A stretch of 64,000 bases of DNA. Source: Eledone cirrhosa (Eukaryota). A program made the position numbers and the translations under genes. Shown here piece after piece: positions 56,951 through 64,000 of the stretch (position 1 is its first letter; each line of letters begins with the position of its first letter). The stretch lies in assembly GCA_964016885.1 (NCBI GenBank), contig OZ024742.1, forward strand, positions 156,488,001 to 156,552,000, in the 5' to 3' direction. Below the pieces are notes generated by a model. The model worked only from the letters and a program-made list of their open reading frames with translations. It was not told where the DNA came from and made no database searches.

Positions 56951-57067
56951 GTTATTACTAATTTATAATTATTCCCAATTAAACTATTTTTCACTGGGAA
57001 AAATTTGTCGGCATATTTTTCATTTTAACTAATATATCACAACTCGTGTGTCACGTCTCTATCTTTT

Positions 57068-57152
<85 letters not shown>

Positions 57153-57339
57153 CCAATCATTATAAGTTTAAATCTGACATACAGAAACATACATATATAT
57201 GAGTAAGGTAAGCCCAAAGATAAAGAGGGAGAGAGAGAGAGACGGGGAGGGGGAAGACAGAGAGAGAGAGGGGAGAGAGGGGGAGAAATGAGGTGCAACA
57301 GAAATGAACATTGATTACAGGTTAAGATATAGTCTAGAT

Positions 57340-57539
57340 TAGGCATGTTTAACAGAAGGTCCCCCGAGTGCCATATGTGTCACATATGTGTTGTCTGATG
57401 GCCAGACATGACAACTAATTGCACACATTACAACTCATTTTTTAGATTTTATATTATGAAGTTAAAACTTGTTCGCACTTTAAAACGTTTGTGCGAGGCT
57501 CGGGTGTGCTTGTAAAGAGCTGCATGTTTGGCACGCCTT
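57340..57539. mobile_element. Non-autonomous hAT deletion derivative (MITE) related to 49588-51985
   Basis: Left end taggcatgtttaac..cacatatg..caactaattgcacacattacaac; right end ggtgtgcttg..gtttggcacgcct. Confidence 0.7.
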
Positions 57540-57547
57540 TTGTAAAG

Positions 57548-59340
57548 GACACTTCATACTATGAAAACGCCAAATTATACAACATGTTTAATGTGATGAA
57601 ACAATGCACTGATGTACTGCGCCCATTACAAAACTGTCTAACCGATTTGGATCTCACCTAGTTCAGAAGTAAAACAAGTAATATCTATGGATACTGAATT
57701 TGCACAATAATGAACTGATTGATGAAACAAGAAACATATGAAAACCGATTCTATAAAACCCGCTCAAGTTAACTGAAATCTAAGGCCGATCATAGCAAAC
57801 GCAATTTGTGATACACATCATCTAAGAAACTTCTATACATCGTGCTAGAACCACACCTCAAATACATCCGAAGCTTCATACGCGATGATCTAGATATATT
57901 CAACCGTCTACTAAATTAAATAACCTGAAGTACCTATATGGTTACATTAGTTAGCGTGAACTTCAATAGTAAGATGTCCCACTACTACAGAATCGTGCCA
58001 ATCAAATACTGCCTGGACTCATATTCCTATGCGCTAGCAAACCGCATTGGCAGATATGTCATCAATTTATTCAAAGTAAATAGCTACTTTATATTCAACC
58101 AAGATGCCTAGCAACAACATCCATATGATTACAATTTGTACCGTAACTAAGTCTTTGTAAATAATGGATTATACATCTAGAAACAAACTTTGCAGATTTA
58201 TCTGAATAACTTCAGACAACGAGAAAAGATACCTCGTTGAAATGTTCATACTGAGGAGGGGAAATCCTAAAGAGATAAATATATTCCAAACGCTCACTAA
58301 AGAACCCTAACATCCAATCTACTTCGGATATCAGCAACGAAAGGCTACTTTACACATACTACTGAAAATATAAAACAATAAGCTAGAGACTGATATATGT
58401 TCCAAACAGACCGACTCTCGAAAATATCTCTTTTTAGGTTTTCTTATCCAACACACACCCGCGCCAATATTCCACTTAACTTAAGCTAAGCAAATATGCA
58501 CACTAGTCTCAACTCAGGACAAAATACCAGAGACTAGAAGAGGTGAAACAAACATTCATAAGAAGAAAAATACCCGCAGAATCTAATCTATAATAGTATT
58601 CAAAAAGCAAAAATAAATTAATACCCAAGCACCCCCCCCCCAAAAAAAAAGGAAGGGAGACCATATATGACACTTGTCACAAATTTAAGAGTGGTGTTAT
58701 TTTATTTAAAGGTTTATGAGATGTGCATGAAATTACAATTTATTACTTTCAAAATAGGACCATGAGGAGTCACACCGTGGTTTCCACGTTTCTCCCTACA
58801 TTTACACATTGATAGTCAAAGAGCCAGTAATCTGCGCACACACATATCTAAAGCTATCTGTCCATTTAAAGAATTAAAAACCACTTACAAAAATACACAA
58901 TTATGAAAAGTAAATATGACAGCCTAAGTCACTGAAAACGTATTAACATATGTAAACTGTAAACGGGAAAGTTAGCACTTCAAGTGAAAAAATTCCAGCC
59001 ACTTATTAGAAGGGCAAGAATTCCATTTCAAAAGGATTCCATTTTAAAAACTAAAAATAACTTTTCATGCAATTCAGAGAATAGAATAGGTATTATAACA
59101 TGTAAGTGTTGCCTTGAAATCTACATTGGGCAAAGAGGATTAACACTCGAATTATGAATGACAGTTAACTGCGGTTTTCATCTCGATACAACAACATATA
59201 GAGGAACGTGGAAAGCACATTTTGCCGAGTGTCCATGTCTTCTCATTGTACAAATATTGACAGTCAATGTCAACAGAAAAGCGCATTGGCAAAGAAAAGT
59301 TATATTTAGTAAAATTTAGGCCAAAGCTGAACTCTTTGCA
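57548..59340 (+). pseudogene. Old PLE RT and GIY-YIG relic, continuing the fragment at 49380-49587
   Basis: DTSYYE, LRPIIA, SFIRDDLD, LETDICSKQTDSRKYL, TCKCCLEIYIGQ; U3-A8 HHR relic at ~59494-59530. Confidence 0.8.
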
Positions 59341-59794
59341 CTCACAACTTTTATACCTTCTCAGACCAGAAACACATCCCTAGTTAAGGATTGTGTTTTC
59401 TTCGACATGACGGGCAAAGGTAGAAACAGTTGCATCCCTATTTTAATAAACATAACTTTACAAATGTAAACTTACAACACTAGAGATGAAAACATATTTG
59501 AAAAATTGCTTAAGCGAAACCGGTCAATTTCAAAAGACATTCGGTTTGATGTGAATATGATTTTTTCGTTGTCTCCTATACACATAACATCAATTTATGA
59601 TACCTACACATTGGGTGTTCTTTTGTCAAATCTGTATTATTATTTTCCTATATAATCCGATTTGTAAAGAAATCATTAATCTTCGAACATTTTCATTTTT
59701 TTCTGTCTGTCTCTTTTTTCTCCATTCCCTGCCCTTTTCCTCCTCTCTCCGTCCCACTCTCCCCCTTTAAATATGTACACACACACACACACAT

Positions 59795-59908
<114 letters not shown>

Positions 59909-60248
59909 ATATATATATATATATATATACGTAGAATGATATAACGCCACACGGTTCCTTTTGATAAACTACTTTGATTTATACATGCGTGACACTAGCT
60001 TATTCTTCATTCTATTAGTTGGTTCCTCACCACCTAGTTCTTTTGTTTATCGTTCGTTCTCTCATTCCAGCGTACACCGCCCATTCTCCCTTCACTTCTA
60101 CCACCCTTCCTTCTTTATTTCAAACCTTAGATTAAATAGAAAGTAGACAATCCTTGGGCAAAAGTCGACATTTTGTCGTTCATTATTTGTTGGCATATTT
60201 CTCCCATGTCTGTAAACAACAGAGTGATTCCTCAATTTGTTGCGAAAA

Positions 60249-60386
<138 letters not shown>

Positions 60387-60407
60387 TATATATATATACA
60401 CACGCAC

Positions 60408-60469
<62 letters not shown>

Positions 60470-60549
60470 CAATTAGTAATTTTTATTTTTTATTTTAAGC
60501 GTACATTGAAATTTATTCGTTAAAAACTTGTATTTTATATATGTGTCAC

Positions 60550-61150
60550 TCTCAAAGATTTATGCTTCGATGCACATGCTACAAATGCTATTATATTTTT
60601 TTGAAACGTCAAAGAGAACCCCTGCAAAATATCTGTTTGAAAATTTGGCTCCATTGGACATATGTCATTCTGTTGTTTGAAAAGTCGCTAGTCATTCCGT
60701 CAGATCTCCACTCTTTCGAATTTTTCCTCAACTTTCAATGAGTAGAATTTTAATAGAGCTTGCAATATGAATGAGTAAGTAGCTTGGCCATGCCTAGAGT
60801 GACCTAACCCCCTTTAAGTATACAGAAAGAGAGGCAGATAGACGATTGTCTGGGTAGTTGGAATCAACTCAATATAATGATTTGCTGATGATGGGCGATG
60901 TGCTTACTTTTTCCTTAACAGGCTTTGGTTACGTGTTAAGCATCGTTGAATATATATGTCTCGACGAAAATCGAAATCACTAGTTTGGGCCTATTTAACA
61001 CCCATCTATAATGAAAATCTGAATTGTAAGATATACCTGAATGAAACACCCTCATAAAAAACCACGCATTAGAAAATACTTTGTAGTGTAGAAATCCAGA
61101 TTCTGAAGTAGATTTCACTAGACGTTCTTTCCGTCGGTTAAGACAAACAT
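60550..61150 (+). pseudogene. Very decayed PLE RT relic
   Basis: YE*VSSLAM, FADDG and YRKP-like remnants in the expected order. Confidence 0.4.
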
Positions 61151-61850
61151 TTATATATGAGAGTTTCTAAAATATACATTGGTTATATCATGATTGTATT
61201 ATATTTATTTTTTATGTGCTTACTTCCTGTATTCCAAAAGTTTGAAATATATAATGGCAGTATATATTTTCCTGTATTAAAACGGTGTTTTGTGAATAAG
61301 TATATTTGTCATAGCCATTGTTTAAATATTGATTTTTACTTCAACAATATCTTATACTCCATCATCAATATATCGTACTATATATTTCCATACATTAAGA
61401 TATCATAAATTTTAATCGCCTTCAGCCGAGGGGGAACTGAAGTATGTTACAAATAAATCGAGACATACTTCTACTATATATTCATCCTATAGCAGAATTT
61501 GATTTTCAGCGAAGGAAATTCATCAACTCAGCAAAAAGTTTCCCAAAACTTGGAATCTTGTATCTTAAAAGACCTGATATGTGTATACTCACAAAACAAA
61601 GATACTAAATACAGAACACGATAAAGACATTTCAAAATATATGAATGTAAAAATACACACACACACACACATACACACATATATATATATGTTTCGGTTA
61701 TTTGTCGGAGATTTCTTCATAGAAGCCTCATTCTTATAGCCTGGTCTATTCGATTTTTTATATGGTTAATTATGCTAATTGGGAGAGGAAATAGTATATA
61801 TTTTATCTTGTGATTCTATAGACATGTTTTATGATATATATATATATATA

Positions 61851-62403
61851 TAAAAACAAATAACGAAACGAAATTAAATTTCGTTTCGTTTGTAACTCAC
61901 TTTTGTATGACTGACGCTTAAACAATTAAGTTAAAAATGTACATCCATATATGTATACTGAAATACTAGTATGCATATGAATACACACACGTATACATAT
62001 GTAGATGTACCAAGTCTTTCACTGGTTACTTTACTGTGAGTATCCAGCTATTCTGTATGTAAACACACAGACAAACCGGTTTTTAGATTCATACTGGTTT
62101 TTGAGGAAACACCTTTCCTCTATTCTCCAGAAAGCCAGACAAGGAATATTGAACTAGTTTCGTTGTTGTTACAACTCATCAGCAATATTTACCTATCTAC
62201 CGGCCTTTCTGGAGAATCGTAAAAACACATATCGTTATATGCTTTTTCTATGAAAATTAGTAGTGGGCAGACTAATTTGCATAGAGTGTGAGTACGTACC
62301 GGTTCAACGGAGACGATAAAAACAAATAACGAAACGAAATTAAATTTCGTTTCGTTTGTAACTCACGTGGTAACAACAACGAAACTAGTTCAATATTCCT
62401 TGT
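61851..62403 (-). mobile_element. Diverged family A copy (1.1 units) with a short terminal fold-back (62369-62403)
   Basis: Starts after (TA)n at the same nucleotide as 6351 (aaaaacaaataacgaaacg). Confidence 0.88.
62142..62194 (-). ncRNA. Intact hammerhead (family A variant) with compensatory stem II change
   Basis: Reverse complement aggtaaatattg CTGATGA gttgt aaca acaac GAAA ctag TT caatattcct. Confidence 0.9.
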
Positions 62404-62844
62404 ATGATCTTTATTCGCCGAAAAATACTTAACGTCATTTATAATCCAAAATATGAAACACTCAAAGCTCTTTCATATGAAATATGAAAATCTAATATGA
62501 TAATATGATTTAGATAAAATGACATTTTCTCCTAGAGATCTCTAAGATAAATATCATGGTAGCAGACACAATTTCCAGAAAGCATATATCAACGAAATAT
62601 ACTTCAAATGATTACACGGAAAAAATGAGTCACACCATCAAATTAAGCGTTCAGCTTGTAATTCTCACCGAGCATGGAAACCCAATAGCAAAACCCAGTC
62701 ACCATCAATGAATTTAAAACATATTACTGTTTAAAATTAACACACTTTTAATTAACTGCTTATTGCAGGTTTATGCAAACAGAAATACCCTTGCACATGG
62801 TTATAGGACTGCATATGGACACACACGCACACACAAACACACAT

Positions 62845-62877
<33 letters not shown>

Positions 62878-63947
62878 AGCATCTGTATGTAAATAAATAC
62901 ATATATATATATATATGGATATTTATTGTTTTATTTACACTGTTGATCTTATTTTTTAAAAGTATCTCGATTGTGTCATTTCAGATTGATAATTGAGGTT
63001 ATACTACCCCACTTCTTCAAATAACTAAGTATATACGGTTGTCTCATTCTTCGGAAGCTTTGGACATTAGTATAGAAAAATCAATAATATCCATAAAATA
63101 TTTGCATCACTTTATTGCACCGAGTTTGCGAGAATCATTCTAATGCTTATGTCAAACGTGTTACTTTAGTTTTCAAGTCCGATAGATCTATCTAATTGAA
63201 GTAGTTGGCTATACGATATGATATAAATATAGATATGAATGCACATTTCGATGTTACTAAAACTGCATTCAATTTTAGCTGAGCTATGCAATTCTAAAAT
63301 ATTGATTGCCTACACATATGGAGGTTTAGATAAAATGGCTCTGTTAGAAATAGACTATTTATAAGCATCGAATTAACTATGACACAATGAAAATCAAATA
63401 TACATAGAGACAGTGAGAAACACAAACACATACCCGCACAATCACAGTGAGGTAAATAGGAACATATATATATATATATGAAATCCGATCTGTGTGTTTC
63501 CTTGTGTCCGTGCTTTATTGTATTAGCATGCCTACTATACTTTGCAGAAGTACATAATATTTTTCGAATTTGGCTATTTTGAATATGAAAGTTGCCGGTA
63601 TACTGTCATATTCATCCTGCAATTTATTCACTGATGTGCAATACGTTTATATTACAACATCAAAATCACGAACAAGACTGTTTTTTTTGTTGAAACCCAG
63701 GACCTTCTTACTTTAACAGAAAAATGAACAATGTATTTTGCACAGGTCCAGTCCGTCATTATGGAACGTAGTCTACACTTCCAAACATTTAACTAGGGAT
63801 TTGATGATATTTTGCTCATTATGCATGCATTTCAAGTGACTAAGTTTCGTACAATTGTTTTCTTTTCAGTTAATCTAATAAACTTGAAATTTTCCCTCTT
63901 ACTTTTAGCGTTAAATGTCAATCACTCCGCTCTTTAATAAGGATTTC

Positions 63948-64000
63948 TGATTGGGGCACAAGGTCAATATATTTTGGGAGGGCAAAGTCGATTAAATCGA
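63948..64000 (-). mobile_element. 3' end of a SINE running off the window
   Basis: Reverse complement tcgatttaatcgactttgccctccc..gaccttgtgcc resembles the SINE tail (ccttgtgcc shared with the full copies). Confidence 0.5.

Overview
This is an AT-rich, microsatellite-dense eukaryotic window with no intact host gene. The SINE and LINE families look like those of an octopod cephalopod (inference). It contains decayed transposons: a near-full RTE LINE (28.8-33.8 kb), a Penelope-like element (PLE, 40.4-48.2 kb) with a Tigger transposon nested in it, a SPIN/GTF2IRD2-like hAT, a Tx1/L1 relic, further PLE and RTE relics, and about 8 tRNA-derived SINEs. The main result is that many apparently anonymous repeats and palindromes carry minimal type I hammerhead ribozyme (HHR) motifs, more than 20 copies (intact and decayed) in at least 6 sequence families. 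Two related non-coding tandem families (A, 470-nt unit; B, about 440-nt unit) have one HHR per unit with stem covariation, an invariant ATGCAAAT octamer, and a conserved hairpin 3' end abutting (TA)n. They occur as head-to-head fold-backs with the same architecture as the PLE, whose own terminal repeats carry a U3-A8 variant HHR. This points to a Penelope-mobilised, (TA)n-targeting retrozyme (small circular ribozyme RNA) system. Separately, an 8-kb segment bounded by hAT ends interrupts a PLE RT frame and looks like a composite transposon. All calls were made by eye; no searches or folding programs were run.
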